Virus record (IMG/VR): IMGVR_UViG_3300025010_002040
Strand: one strand, 5' to 3'
DNA length: 64,000 bases
DNA from: an uncultured virus (IMG/VR IMGVR_UViG_3300025010_002040)
Taxonomy: Duplodnaviria > Heunggongvirae > Uroviricota > Caudoviricetes
Positions 48,850 through 58,363 of this stretch are shown in pieces. Position numbers and translations under genes: made by a program. Position 1 is the stretch's first letter; the number at the start of each line of letters is the position of its first letter. Below the pieces are notes generated by a model, which saw only the letters and a program-made list of their open reading frames with translations, was not told the DNA's origin and searched no databases.

Positions 48850-49415
48850 CAAGAAAAATATGTTGCGTAAGACAACCATTCAGACAAAAAAGGCCATTTT
48901 TTAACAAAAAATATGTTCCCACAATGGACGAAATTTGCACATATAGACAAAAAAAGCCATCGGATACCTATGAAGGTCATCTGATGGCTGATTTTTATAA
49001 ATTTGAGTTAAAAATAGAGTGTTGTCAAGTATGTGTCAAGTATATAACAAGTGTTATTTTAATGAAAGCAACGTGATAGACTCTACATGCGTTGAAAAAA
49101 CCATATTGCTTGCAAAATCAACCTTGTGTGTATTAAAGTAACATTAAAAAGGGCCAAATTATGTTTCCACTTACATGGTTAGATAAGTGGGTAAAATACC
49201 AAAGCAACATATTTTTTGGTATTTACTTTGAAATTGTCTTGTGGGAAACACTATCATTTATCTTTTTACACCAAGACTAATCTATAGGGTTTAAATCCTC
49301 TTTACTGGACTGTCTAAGGTTGTGAGGTTTAATACAATTTTAACACCCCTACCTTCAAATCGTGTAAATAGTTTAGCACCCTAGTGTCATATCGTGTAAT
49401 TTTTTAGCACCCCTA
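48850..49415. repeat. Repeat-rich non-coding region, possible relic element end or recombination site
   Basis: Copy of the 41447-41528 motifs; inverted AAAATATGTTGC/GCAACATATTTT; 11-bp-phased CAAGT; three ~32-bp-spaced TTTA(G/A)CACCC. Confidence 0.6.
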
Positions 49416-49477
49416 ATTCATGGATTAATAAAGGATTTTTATAAATAGTTGTTGGATTTGCCCTTTACAGCCCAACC

Positions 49478-50659
49478 CTAGATTATGAAACCAAGGATTG
49501 CTGCTAACAATACGATTAATGGTGCAGGTATCTTTTTAGATAATAACAACATAGCCGATACAACCACAACACCATACACGACTAAATCAACTGGAAGTTT
49601 CATGCTTGAAGTGATTGCAGTCATCAATATTAAACTTGCAGCCGTGACGGTAACCCCTCTTAGAAAGTGCTTCATGAGAGTCATTTTTCTAGACTGTCTC
49701 CAGATTGGATAAACAAAGTAAACCAAAAGGATCCCTGGTAAGAATATACTTAATCCACCTATCATGCCTGCAAGAAATGAATATCCAGATCCTGCAAATG
49801 AACGAGAACTTACAAAAGCTGCAAAACTAAATAATGGTCCAGGTATCGCTTGATCGATTGCATAGCCCGATAGAAAATCAGTCAGCGTAATCAATGATTG
49901 CGATTGAACTAAATCTTGAATCATCAGCGGTACCACAATTTGACCTCCGCCAATGACCGAATATCCATATCGGTAAAATGATGTGAACAGTGTCACCCAA
50001 GGTGCAGAAACCCAATTCCTTATCCCTTCATTCAGCAATGCTATGCCTATGATAACACCCAACAATACCCATCGAGGTCTAAGTTTTTCAGTGGTCTTGA
50101 TTCTGTCTTTAAAATGAGGAAACAGGTATATAAATCCTCCAATGATTAACATACTAGGAACAATCCATATGGAATAATCCACAATCAGTAATCCAAGTAC
50201 AAGCATGACGATATACATTATCCAATCAGTTTTCTGCTTTAACACTTTCTTAGATAATGAATATGCTGCATAAACAATGAAAGCTACTGCAACCGCAGGA
50301 AGGTATGCAATCACCGGTTTCCAACCTTCATTATTGTCTATCAGTGTAAAAAACACACCAATCAATGCCATAACGACAATGGCTGGAAATGCCCAAACCA
50401 AAAATGTAAGTAATGCTAAGATTGGACCCCCAACATAATAGCCAATCGCGGTTATCGTTTGTGAGCTGCTAGGTCCTGGCACTAGTGCGTATAAACCAAT
50501 CATCTCGGTCAATTCTTCTTCCGTCAAGTACTTCTTTTTTTCTACCATGATAGAAGAAAACACACCATAATGTGCTTCCGGTCCGCCATATGAACCTAAT
50601 GAACACATAAACACATCCCAAAGAAAACTTGACCACTTTACTTTCTTTTTTTCACTCAT
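49478..50659 (-). CDS. chrA: Chromate ion transporter (CHR family, long chain)
   Basis: SYGGP...VPGP and IGGG...AIPGP duplicated domains. Confidence 0.9.
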   Translation of the reverse strand: MSEKKKVKWSSFLWDVFMCSLGSYGGPEAHYGVFSSIMVEKKKYLTEEELTEMIGLYALVPGPSSSQTITAIGYYVGGPILALLTFLVWAFPAIVVMALIGVFFTLIDNNEGWKPVIAYLPAVAVAFIVYAAYSLSKKVLKQKTDWIMYIVMLVLGLLIVDYSIWIVPSMLIIGGFIYLFPHFKDRIKTTEKLRPRWVLLGVIIGIALLNEGIRNWVSAPWVTLFTSFYRYGYSVIGGGQIVVPLMIQDLVQSQSLITLTDFLSGYAIDQAIPGPLFSFAAFVSSRSFAGSGYSFLAGMIGGLSIFLPGILLVYFVYPIWRQSRKMTLMKHFLRGVTVTAASLILMTAITSSMKLPVDLVVYGVVVVSAMLLLSKKIPAPLIVLLAAILGFII

Positions 50660-50660
50660 A

Positions 50661-51878
50661 CTAGAGAACCTCCGTCTTATGATCTTTTTTGAGTAAATAA
50701 ATACTTAAAAACAATACAGCAAGCAATTCTACAGTTGTAGAGAATAATACAACAAAAAGAACATTAATTTCATAGAAAACACCTATTAATAAAGATCCGA
50801 TGAACCACGCTGACCCAAAAACTGTATAAAAAATACCGTATGCAGTTGCTCTTTTTTCTTTAGATACCATCGTTGAAACAACAGCTTTTAGGATAGATTC
50901 TTGTGCGCCCATACCTATGCCCCATAAGATGACACCAATGATGATGCCCGTCAAACTTGTAGATAAGAAAAATATTGGTGCCATAAATAACGTGATAGCA
51001 ATTGCCCAAATCAATGAAACAATTCCTTTTTTATCAAAGTAATGTCCAAAAATGAGTGCTGCTATTGCATCGACTCCCATAGCAAGTGCATAGAGAAGGG
51101 GTATATAAGTTATGTCTATTAAAGATTGGTCGCTCATATGAAAAGCTAAAACAGGATAATCAATAAATCCAAATGCGATTAAAGCTACCGCTATCATATA
51201 GAATTTAAATGCTTTGTTTCCTCTGATGCTTTGCTTGCTCTTTGTCGTTTCTAATTCATCCGGATGTGGATATTTATATCTTGATATCGCCAATATGATG
51301 AGCGTTAAAATGGCAAATATTCCAAGTAAACCGAATGCTAATTGATACCCGTCTAATTCACTACCCTTGTTTAAGGATAAAACAACAAATACAAAAATCG
51401 GTCCTAAAAAAGCTCCAAACTGATCCATAGCTTCTTGAATAGCAAATGATTTTCCTGCGCCTAAATGGGATGCAGTAAATGAAGTCAAGGCACTCTTGGC
51501 TGGCGCTCTGATTCCTTTACCAACACGTTCTAGTAAAATCAGTATGATTGCAACTTCCCAAATGGATGCATCGACAAACATGAGAAGTGGTATCACTAAC
51601 AAATTCAATGCATACCCAATAAACATCATTAACCAATACTTCTTTGTTTTATCCGCAATCGGACCTGTTACTAATCTAAAAGCTTGTCCAATGAACTCGC
51701 CTAACCCTGAAGTGAAAGAGATAACCAGTGCTGAAGCGCCTATCAAACCCAAATAGGAACCGTAGATACTTCGAGCACCTTCGTGTGTAAAGTCAGATAA
51801 TAAACTGATAATTCCTAAAAGCAAAAGAAAGAGGAAAGCGTTTCTTTTCATCGAGTTGTTCTTATTCATGTTGACCAC
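50661..51878 (-). CDS. MFS transporter
   Basis: About 12 TM helices; ERVGKGIRAPAK motif. Confidence 0.9.
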   Translation of the reverse strand: MVNMNKNNSMKRNAFLFLLLLGIISLLSDFTHEGARSIYGSYLGLIGASALVISFTSGLGEFIGQAFRLVTGPIADKTKKYWLMMFIGYALNLLVIPLLMFVDASIWEVAIILILLERVGKGIRAPAKSALTSFTASHLGAGKSFAIQEAMDQFGAFLGPIFVFVVLSLNKGSELDGYQLAFGLLGIFAILTLIILAISRYKYPHPDELETTKSKQSIRGNKAFKFYMIAVALIAFGFIDYPVLAFHMSDQSLIDITYIPLLYALAMGVDAIAALIFGHYFDKKGIVSLIWAIAITLFMAPIFFLSTSLTGIIIGVILWGIGMGAQESILKAVVSTMVSKEKRATAYGIFYTVFGSAWFIGSLLIGVFYEINVLFVVLFSTTVELLAVLFLSIYLLKKDHKTEVL

Positions 51879-52194
51879 CTATTTTCTTTTGATGAATTTC
51901 ATGGCTCAATTCAGTAATTTTTTCATTTAGCTGTTGGAATAAACCTATCCCTTTATCTGTAATCGAGTAGTATTTTCTCATTCTCCCAGAATCTGAATTT
52001 TCTATACATACTAATAACCCTTCATCAACCATTTCCTTTAACAAGGGATAAATATGTGACGGACCAACTTGATAGCCATGATGTTGAAGTTCTTCAATCA
52101 TCCATGAACCATAAATAGGGTCAATTGATGCATGATATAAAATATGAATACTTAGAAAACTCAAGTATATTTTTTTTTCATATCGACTTTCCAT
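51862..52194 (-). CDS. PadR family regulator
   Basis: YGSWMIEEL...IYPLL...RKYYSITDKG. Confidence 0.9.
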   Translation of the reverse strand: MESRYEKKIYLSFLSIHILYHASIDPIYGSWMIEELQHHGYQVGPSHIYPLLKEMVDEGLLVCIENSDSGRMRKYYSITDKGIGLFQQLNEKITELSHEIHQKKIGGQHE

Positions 52195-52206
52195 GATATT
52201 ACCTCC

Positions 52207-52262
52207 ATATCATTTATTAATATCATTTTTTGATATCATTTATTGATATAATATCATCATTT
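52207..52262. promoter_or_regulatory. Putative PadR operator array
   Basis: Four ATATCAT units, partly palindromic (TGATATCA), directly upstream of the PadR gene. Confidence 0.55.
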
Positions 52263-52574
52263 CTTTGCTCTGTCAATTATTTTGCATAAATCGTTAACTG
52301 ACAAAGTTAAGTCAGCTTGTTCATCTATTATAATTCCTAGATTTTCTAGTTCTTTTTTTATTATTTCATAGTTTTCTAGGATTAACATTTAGTCTTAACC
52401 TCATCATCAAATACCTCCGCCACAATTAAGAATATTTTACACTACATTTGTTATTAATACATTAAATTGTCCTACATTACACTTATTCCATCATAATTGA
52501 CACCTAATGTTTTAGGAAAATTTTTGAATTTATTAATATAAATTAAAATCAAAACTCTTTTTATATAGTCATGC

Positions 52575-52688
52575 TTTAAAATAATGCCAATTGGCACTTG
52601 TATGCGGAATATCACCATAACCTAGTATTATCTGGGAAGCTTTTCTATATCACGGGAATCCAAGTACCTTATAGGCAGTTATCTTAAA
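52575..52688 (-). ncRNA. Putative structured RNA 3' of the RNase III gene (copy 2)
   Basis: Same nested inverted repeats as 773-878; several changes give G-U pairs on the minus strand. Confidence 0.55.
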
Positions 52689-53504
52689 TTATTCATCTTC
52701 TGGCTCTATGCCAAAATAATCACATAGAACAAGATAAGTGGCATACTTCTTAGCACCTTTTTTTGATGAAGAGAGTGCTGTTTTTTGAATTGACCAGCTT
52801 CGAACATAGCAGGTGCATGACCACCAATACTCACCATCATCATACACTTGTTCATCAGGAATATCGTATTGTGGTATGGAACATCTCCCACTTTCAGCTA
52901 ATTCTTTTAGTGTGCTGACTGCATTATCCTGAGTTAAGTTTTCTTTAAGCTCATCCATGCCATCTTCTACATCTTGAAGTTGATCATCAATTTGAAGCAT
53001 GAATTCTACTGAATTTTGAAGCTCATCTGGATCCCAATCACTGTCAATTGCGATTGCACCAAGTATAGCTTCGAATAAATCAGCTTTAACTTTTTCTTGA
53101 GTCCATACCTTGTTATCGATATCGCTTTGTCCCAAGTACATCATTGACTTGAAACCTAACTCTTCAATCCTTCTAGCAAGATTCGAATTGCTTACAATTT
53201 CCTTTTTCAGTTCAGTAAAGTCTTGCTCGTTTCGATGAGCCTTAATGCAATATTCATCGTTATCTTCTTGCTCATAATATGTATCCGTTTGAGATTTGAA
53301 AAATCCATATCTTTCAGCGATGACTTTGGTTACATAAAAATCCAAAACTCTATCGCCTAAGAACTCTAAAACCTCATTGTTTTCCCCACCAAATTCAGCT
53401 GAATAAGACTTTCTTGTGAAAGCTTGAAGCAACAAATCTGTGTTCTTAAAATAGTAACTACATTTTCTTTGTACATCATCGATGTGTTCTTTTAAATCCT
53501 TCAT
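52689..53504 (-). CDS. Ribonuclease III family protein, prophage copy 2
   Basis: Same motifs as copy 1; 12 aa differences in 271 by manual comparison. Confidence 0.92.
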   Translation of the reverse strand: MKDLKEHIDDVQRKCSYYFKNTDLLLQAFTRKSYSAEFGGENNEVLEFLGDRVLDFYVTKVIAERYGFFKSQTDTYYEQEDNDEYCIKAHRNEQDFTELKKEIVSNSNLARRIEELGFKSMMYLGQSDIDNKVWTQEKVKADLFEAILGAIAIDSDWDPDELQNSVEFMLQIDDQLQDVEDGMDELKENLTQDNAVSTLKELAESGRCSIPQYDIPDEQVYDDGEYWWSCTCYVRSWSIQKTALSSSKKGAKKYATYLVLCDYFGIEPEDE

Positions 53505-53726
53505 TTGATTTCCTCCTATTATTTGTCCGAGAAAATAAAAAAGACCTCCCGATAGAATAGGCATACTCCTGCATAGGTACACTTATCCCTTTAATAGGTC
53601 TTATTAAATCAAAATAGTACTTGTAAGACTTTAAGCATATTAACTCCCGCTTCCCGAAAGAGTTAATATACAAATCGCGTTACTCAATTACTTTGAGGAA
53701 ATAATTCCCTTACCTTATCAGACTAC
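53505..53726 (-). ncRNA. Putative structured leader/ncRNA of the RNase III gene (copy 2)
   Basis: Identical to 1699-1920 except at position 53720. Confidence 0.65.
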
Positions 53727-53803
53727 CTTTAATATACAATAAAAATGTCCATTTGTCTACATCTCTATATTGAAAAAAGCCTCGTTGTTGAGGCTGTTTA
53801 ACG

Positions 53804-53956
53804 TTAAATGATAATTTCTCGTCCATTTTTAAACTTGAACTTAATCTTATTGTCTTTGTTTACGACCGCTTCGTTTACCATCGTATTCCAAAGAATTGGT
53901 TCAAACTCTTGGATGAATGATTGCTTGTGCTTGATCTATTTAACGAAATATTTCAT
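53804..53956 (-). pseudogene. C-terminal remnant of a large serine recombinase
   Basis: Translates as MKYFVK*IKHKQSFIQEFEPILWNTMVNEAVVNKDNKIKFKFKNGREIII*, the typical LSR C-terminus, with an internal stop. Confidence 0.65.
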
Positions 53957-54089
53957 CGCTCCTCAATGGTTAATGGCATCTTTTTTTGATTTTGCCGGTA
54001 TAAAATGAAAAAACCTCATAAAAGGATAATTTTCCTAATACGAGGTCTAAGGTAGTGAACAATTAAATGGCATAAATATAAGTCAAAAT

Positions 54090-54172
54090 AAAAAAAGTAG
54101 CATAACAAGCGGAATGGTTACCGACATGTTATGCTACATATATATTATATCAAATTTATACATTTTAGTCAA
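54090..54172 (-). ncRNA. Promoter plus hairpin-terminator unit, candidate ~48-nt small RNA
   Basis: TTGACT-17 bp-(TGN)TATAAT at 54144-54172, then an 11-bp stem GTAGCATAACA/TGTTATGCTAC and T7. Confidence 0.5.
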
Positions 54173-54207
54173 TAATAAATGGCTTCATATGGCTTTAAAA
54201 GTCATTT

Positions 54208-54540
54208 TTATTTTGGTTTATTAATTTGGTTAGAAACATCTATAATCGATTCAATAATTCCGTCAATAGTACCCAGATCAATTGTAATCTTCTGATCAAG
54301 CAGGAACTGATTTATATTTGAGATCACGTATTTCTTCTTTTGATCGCCTTTGGTATAATTCTTTTCTGCATCAATACAAAGCTTTCTAATTTGTTCTTCG
54401 ACTTTGATAAATGTTTCATAGTATACTTTTGCTTTCGAGTTTCTTTTTGACCAGTAACCTAATCCAATAGATACAAGTGAAAGTATCACACTGATGATGG
54501 TCGTTATTAATTCTGTATTATTCATCTTTCTTATCCTCAC
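54208..54540 (-). CDS. Putative holin-like protein (LL-H-like)
   Basis: N-terminal TM helix; AEKNYTKGDQKK motif. Confidence 0.55.
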   Translation of the reverse strand: MRIRKMNNTELITTIISVILSLVSIGLGYWSKRNSKAKVYYETFIKVEEQIRKLCIDAEKNYTKGDQKKKYVISNINQFLLDQKITIDLGTIDGIIESIIDVSNQINKPK

Positions 54541-54946
54541 CTTTACTTAGCACTTCAAGTGCATTTTTAATCATTCTAGGAACAGGCAATCCTGCAAGCG
54601 TTGAGTTTTCTAGGATACTTACACCTTCCATCGATATGAAGGCGATCACAGCTCCATCTCTTACAAGATTCGTACCTAATACAATATCTAGCTGTTCAGC
54701 TAAGGCAACTAAAAACAGAATGAATATTTTCTTAGCTAGTCCTTTAATACCAGCTTCACTACTCACTCTGCCATTTTTTGTTTTACTACTCTTCTTAAAT
54801 ACGATTGCTAAAATTAAACCAGATAGAAAATCAATAATCATGAAGATTATGAGTGCGATTAACAATTTATCAAATCCTCCAAATAGGTATGAGGCTAAGG
54901 AACCAATGGATCCTACAATTGTTAATATTAAGTATTTAACTTTCAA
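54518..54946 (-). CDS. Phage holin (Cph1/holin-4-like)
   Basis: LFGGFD...DFLSG...KGLAKK...EGVSILEN...GLPVP. Confidence 0.85.
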   Translation of the reverse strand: MKVKYLILTIVGSIGSLASYLFGGFDKLLIALIIFMIIDFLSGLILAIVFKKSSKTKNGRVSSEAGIKGLAKKIFILFLVALAEQLDIVLGTNLVRDGAVIAFISMEGVSILENSTLAGLPVPRMIKNALEVLSKGEDKKDE

Positions 54947-55596
54947 GTTCTCAAACCTTCTCTAATTGTAATTATTTCGTCAAGATATGTTTTTAACTGG
55001 GTTAAGTGGTCAGGTGTGTTCAACTCTTTATCCCAGTTTTTCTTATGTTCAAACACTTTGTTCAACCACACCTCATTTAGGTTGACATCGTATTTTCCTG
55101 TTTCTAAGTATTTCTCTAAAATACCCCTAATTCTAATAATGTGATAGCTTCTTTTGACTATCACCTTTTCAACATTGACGAGTTGATTGAAATACTCAAT
55201 GACTGCATCTAGGTATTGAGGTAATACATCTTCAAACTTCAAAGCTGTGATACTGTTATATTCCGTTTGATAACTTGGATTTAGATAGATCAGATTATCT
55301 GCCATGTTGATCACATCATCCGAATGAATCAGGTTGTAAAGTGGCAATGTGTCATTCATAGACTGTCTTTGTAAAAAGTTCTCATATCCATAAGCGAATA
55401 TATCAACGCCTTCAATTGAGGCGTGAATGATGCCATTGAAGCTACTTAGAACTACCGTTAAATCTGTGTCAGACTTTTTTTGCTTCGTCTTGTAGTTATC
55501 CGAGCCACAGTAATAAATAAACATGACTTCATTCATAGCAAACATGTTCACTACGATTTCTGTTAGCTTGCTGTTAGTAAATTTTCTAGGCATCAT
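54943..55596 (-). CDS. Pol-beta superfamily nucleotidyltransferase-like protein (P2 copy)
   Basis: YYCGSDNYKTKQKKSDTDL and VDIFAY motifs. Confidence 0.7.
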   Translation of the reverse strand: MMPRKFTNSKLTEIVVNMFAMNEVMFIYYCGSDNYKTKQKKSDTDLTVVLSSFNGIIHASIEGVDIFAYGYENFLQRQSMNDTLPLYNLIHSDDVINMADNLIYLNPSYQTEYNSITALKFEDVLPQYLDAVIEYFNQLVNVEKVIVKRSYHIIRIRGILEKYLETGKYDVNLNEVWLNKVFEHKKNWDKELNTPDHLTQLKTYLDEIITIREGLRT

Positions 55597-55895
55597 ACAC
55601 CCTCCTCTACTTCTAAATCATCTGCTGACTGTTCAAAACCCTCAACGTTTTCTTTTAACCAAAGATACGCAATACCTCTAGGATCCTCATTGATAAATAA
55701 ATCAAAATCAACATCAGGTACTTCGATATCTACGACTTCTAAAGGCTCACAATTATCAAATCTCTTATCCTTTGAAATGTAGGATGCGACACAAAGTAAA
55801 ATCTTTCTACTTCGATAATTCATATTGATACCGATGATACGGTGATAACTAACATCTACCCCTACCCTTGATTGTAAGTTTTTAATTATTGCCAT
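55593..55895 (-). CDS. Small acidic tail-associated protein
   Basis: Homolog of 3428-3763. Confidence 0.6.
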   Translation of the reverse strand: MAIIKNLQSRVGVDVSYHRIIGINMNYRSRKILLCVASYISKDKRFDNCEPLEVVDIEVPDVDFDLFINEDPRGIAYLWLKENVEGFEQSADDLEVEEGV

Positions 55896-55913
55896 TTTAT
55901 ATTCCTCCTCCTA

Positions 55914-56336
55914 TTAAGAGCCATATACTTTGGCTCCATTAACTGTTTCATTTGTAATTTGACTCCCATTTAGCGAGTTTGATGTGACTTTACTTCCATT
56001 TAATGTAATCAGTTCAGTAGCACCAGATGAACCAGTGATAGTGATAGTTCTTCTTGTTGAACCTGGAGCTTTAAAGAATACTTCAACATAATACGTTCCT
56101 GGGCTAACCCCAGTAAATGAAACGCTATAAGCCATGCCGCTTTGTAAATCGTTGATGTCATCATAATATAAAGACTTTACATAAGTTCCACCAGTTAGTG
56201 CATCATACAGACTTAAAGAAAAACCAGGTAATGAGACTCCACTACCTGATAATGTGAAATTAATCACTAAACCAATGTTTCCTGTATTTGCTGCACTTGT
56301 AGGACTTATACTACGGATGGTTAATGTATAAGCCAT
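55914..56336 (-). CDS. Ig/FN3-like beta-rich tail accessory protein, P2-specific
   Basis: Ser/Thr/Gly-rich; FTGVSPGTYYVEV pattern; no counterpart in P1. Confidence 0.5.
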   Translation of the reverse strand: MAYTLTIRSISPTSAANTGNIGLVINFTLSGSGVSLPGFSLSLYDALTGGTYVKSLYYDDINDLQSGMAYSVSFTGVSPGTYYVEVFFKAPGSTRRTITITGSSGATELITLNGSKVTSNSLNGSQITNETVNGAKVYGS

Positions 56337-56337
56337 A

Positions 56338-56883
56338 CTAGTTAACCAACCAAATACGTTCTAAGTAAACAGTTGTTGATGTGTTCGTAGTCCATGCGAT
56401 TGATGTGCCACTAAAGTTTCCAATCAAATGTCTTAAATATCCAATCGTCATCGTATTTGAGATTGAGTTTGAAACATATGCTTTGAATGAATGTGTTTTG
56501 AAATATTGGCCATCGAAGGTAGTCCATGAATAAAGTCTATCGTATGTTGGACTTGCTGATGTTGTGCTATTCGTACCCATCCTACCGTAAATAATATGTG
56601 TTTCATAAGAATCTGTGGCTGTAACGGCTCTAACCTCAAACGCTAGGATCTTACCATATAGATTAATCGATCTATTGAGCGAAATGTTATTAACTGTAAT
56701 GGTCGTAGGTATCGAAAGATTGCCCTCATATAATAGTGAGAATCCACCACCTATTTTAATGACACTACTGTTACCTCTGATGTATAATTCATTATTTGTT
56801 GTATCGAAACCCATCTCACCAACTTGAGTCAAATGGCTTGTGGTTGGAACCGATGTGCCTCTTTTAACTCTGATGATTGCCAT
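56338..56883 (-). CDS. Tail fibre / receptor-binding protein
   Basis: IRVKRGT...GEMGFD N-terminus shared with 3771-4451. Confidence 0.65.
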   Translation of the reverse strand: MAIIRVKRGTSVPTTSHLTQVGEMGFDTTNNELYIRGNSSVIKIGGGFSLLYEGNLSIPTTITVNNISLNRSINLYGKILAFEVRAVTATDSYETHIIYGRMGTNSTTSASPTYDRLYSWTTFDGQYFKTHSFKAYVSNSISNTMTIGYLRHLIGNFSGTSIAWTTNTSTTVYLERIWLVN

Positions 56884-57569
56884 TAATATATTCCGCCATC
56901 AATAACCGATGTTGGTGTGAGTACTTTTGTTTTATCTATACCGATGTAATAAAAAGTTTTAACTGGATTATAGTTTGTATCCTGAATACTATGGAGTACT
57001 AATCCATTATCAAGAACTGATGCATCGAATGATGTCTTTGTCGTATCGAACTTAGCACCTACACCTTGCATAAGCGCAACATTTTTCACATTAGCAATCT
57101 TTGTTCTTTGGTCATCAGTTAAGTGAAGATTACTTGATACGTGTGCATTATATGTACTTGCTGCAAGACCACCTAATTCAGCTAATGTGATAACCACTGC
57201 ACCTGTTTTAGAGTTAACACTTGTTACAGGGCTTACAGCTGGAATAATTGATGTTGGAAGTTTTCCATCTGCACCAATTAAAGGCACCGTACCATTCGTT
57301 GTACCTGTATTCTTTTTGGAAGCTGTTCCAAGTCCAAGTGCACTAATCTTTGAATCCATCGTAGCTTCAGCATTTGCTTTACTTGCAAACTCAATATAGT
57401 CATTACTCGTTAATGGATTTGCACTTGAACCAGTTTTATCAGCTTTTGATATATATAGATTCGTCCCATTTAAATCGATTAAAGGTTCACCAGCTTTAAT
57501 CGTACCTGCTGTTCCCACAATAGGTCCTGTGCCAGCAGACGTTCTTCTTTTAATTTGTATAACTGCCAT
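56883..57569 (-). CDS. Tail fibre protein
   Basis: Homolog of 4451-5302. Confidence 0.7.
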   Translation of the reverse strand: MAVIQIKRRTSAGTGPIVGTAGTIKAGEPLIDLNGTNLYISKADKTGSSANPLTSNDYIEFASKANAEATMDSKISALGLGTASKKNTGTTNGTVPLIGADGKLPTSIIPAVSPVTSVNSKTGAVVITLAELGGLAASTYNAHVSSNLHLTDDQRTKIANVKNVALMQGVGAKFDTTKTSFDASVLDNGLVLHSIQDTNYNPVKTFYYIGIDKTKVLTPTSVIDGGIY

Positions 57570-57583
57570 TTTCTATTTCCTCC

Positions 57584-58363
57584 TTAGAAACGATATATAA
57601 TGACTCGATTGATTGTGTGAGTAGTTGAGCCACATGTAAAAGTTGTATTGCCATTTTGATATGAAACAAACATTGAATATGTAATACCGTTGTACGTGTA
57701 TGCTACCGAAGTACTCGATCCTATGATTTCAAAAATCAACGGTCCTGGTAAATTCACAACCGTTCCATTGCTTAAAATAATCATGATGAATGCTCTAATT
57801 AAGTCATTTGAATAATAATTACTTATTCGATAAACACCTTGAGAAATATATGTCGGATTAATGATGATTGGTGATGTTTGATTTCTAATCTTTTGTTCAA
57901 GGTTATAGACCAAACTATCTGCATTTAGTAAAGTTTGTCTATTAAACATATTATTTAGTGTTACTGATGTTGTTGTTTTTGAATACGCACATAATGCAAA
58001 CTCGTACTGACCTTGACCACTACTTAAATCATTTTGAACTAAGTTAGGATAGGTAGATGCTTGTTCTTTTACATAGATTGAGACTTCATTACTTGTTAAA
58101 TCGACATTTAAAACGACATATCCAAGTCGATTTGCATTTGGTGTAACGACGACTTGCGTATTATTTTCAATATAGATTAACCTACCTTGAACCATGACAT
58201 ACCCATCCTCAAATGTGATAGTATTATTGGCAAGCGTATAAAACACACTGCCTCTACTTCCCTGCAAGACACCAGTACCTACTGCAAAGATAAAATCATT
58301 TAAGTCTGCATCATGTTTTGATGTTACACTTGAACCATCAAAGGTTATTTTTTGAACTCCCAT
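57584..58363 (-). CDS. Baseplate / minor tail protein
   Basis: Homolog of 5315-6091. Confidence 0.65.
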   Translation of the reverse strand: MGVQKITFDGSSVTSKHDADLNDFIFAVGTGVLQGSRGSVFYTLANNTITFEDGYVMVQGRLIYIENNTQVVVTPNANRLGYVVLNVDLTSNEVSIYVKEQASTYPNLVQNDLSSGQGQYEFALCAYSKTTTSVTLNNMFNRQTLLNADSLVYNLEQKIRNQTSPIIINPTYISQGVYRISNYYSNDLIRAFIMIILSNGTVVNLPGPLIFEIIGSSTSVAYTYNGITYSMFVSYQNGNTTFTCGSTTHTINRVIIYRF

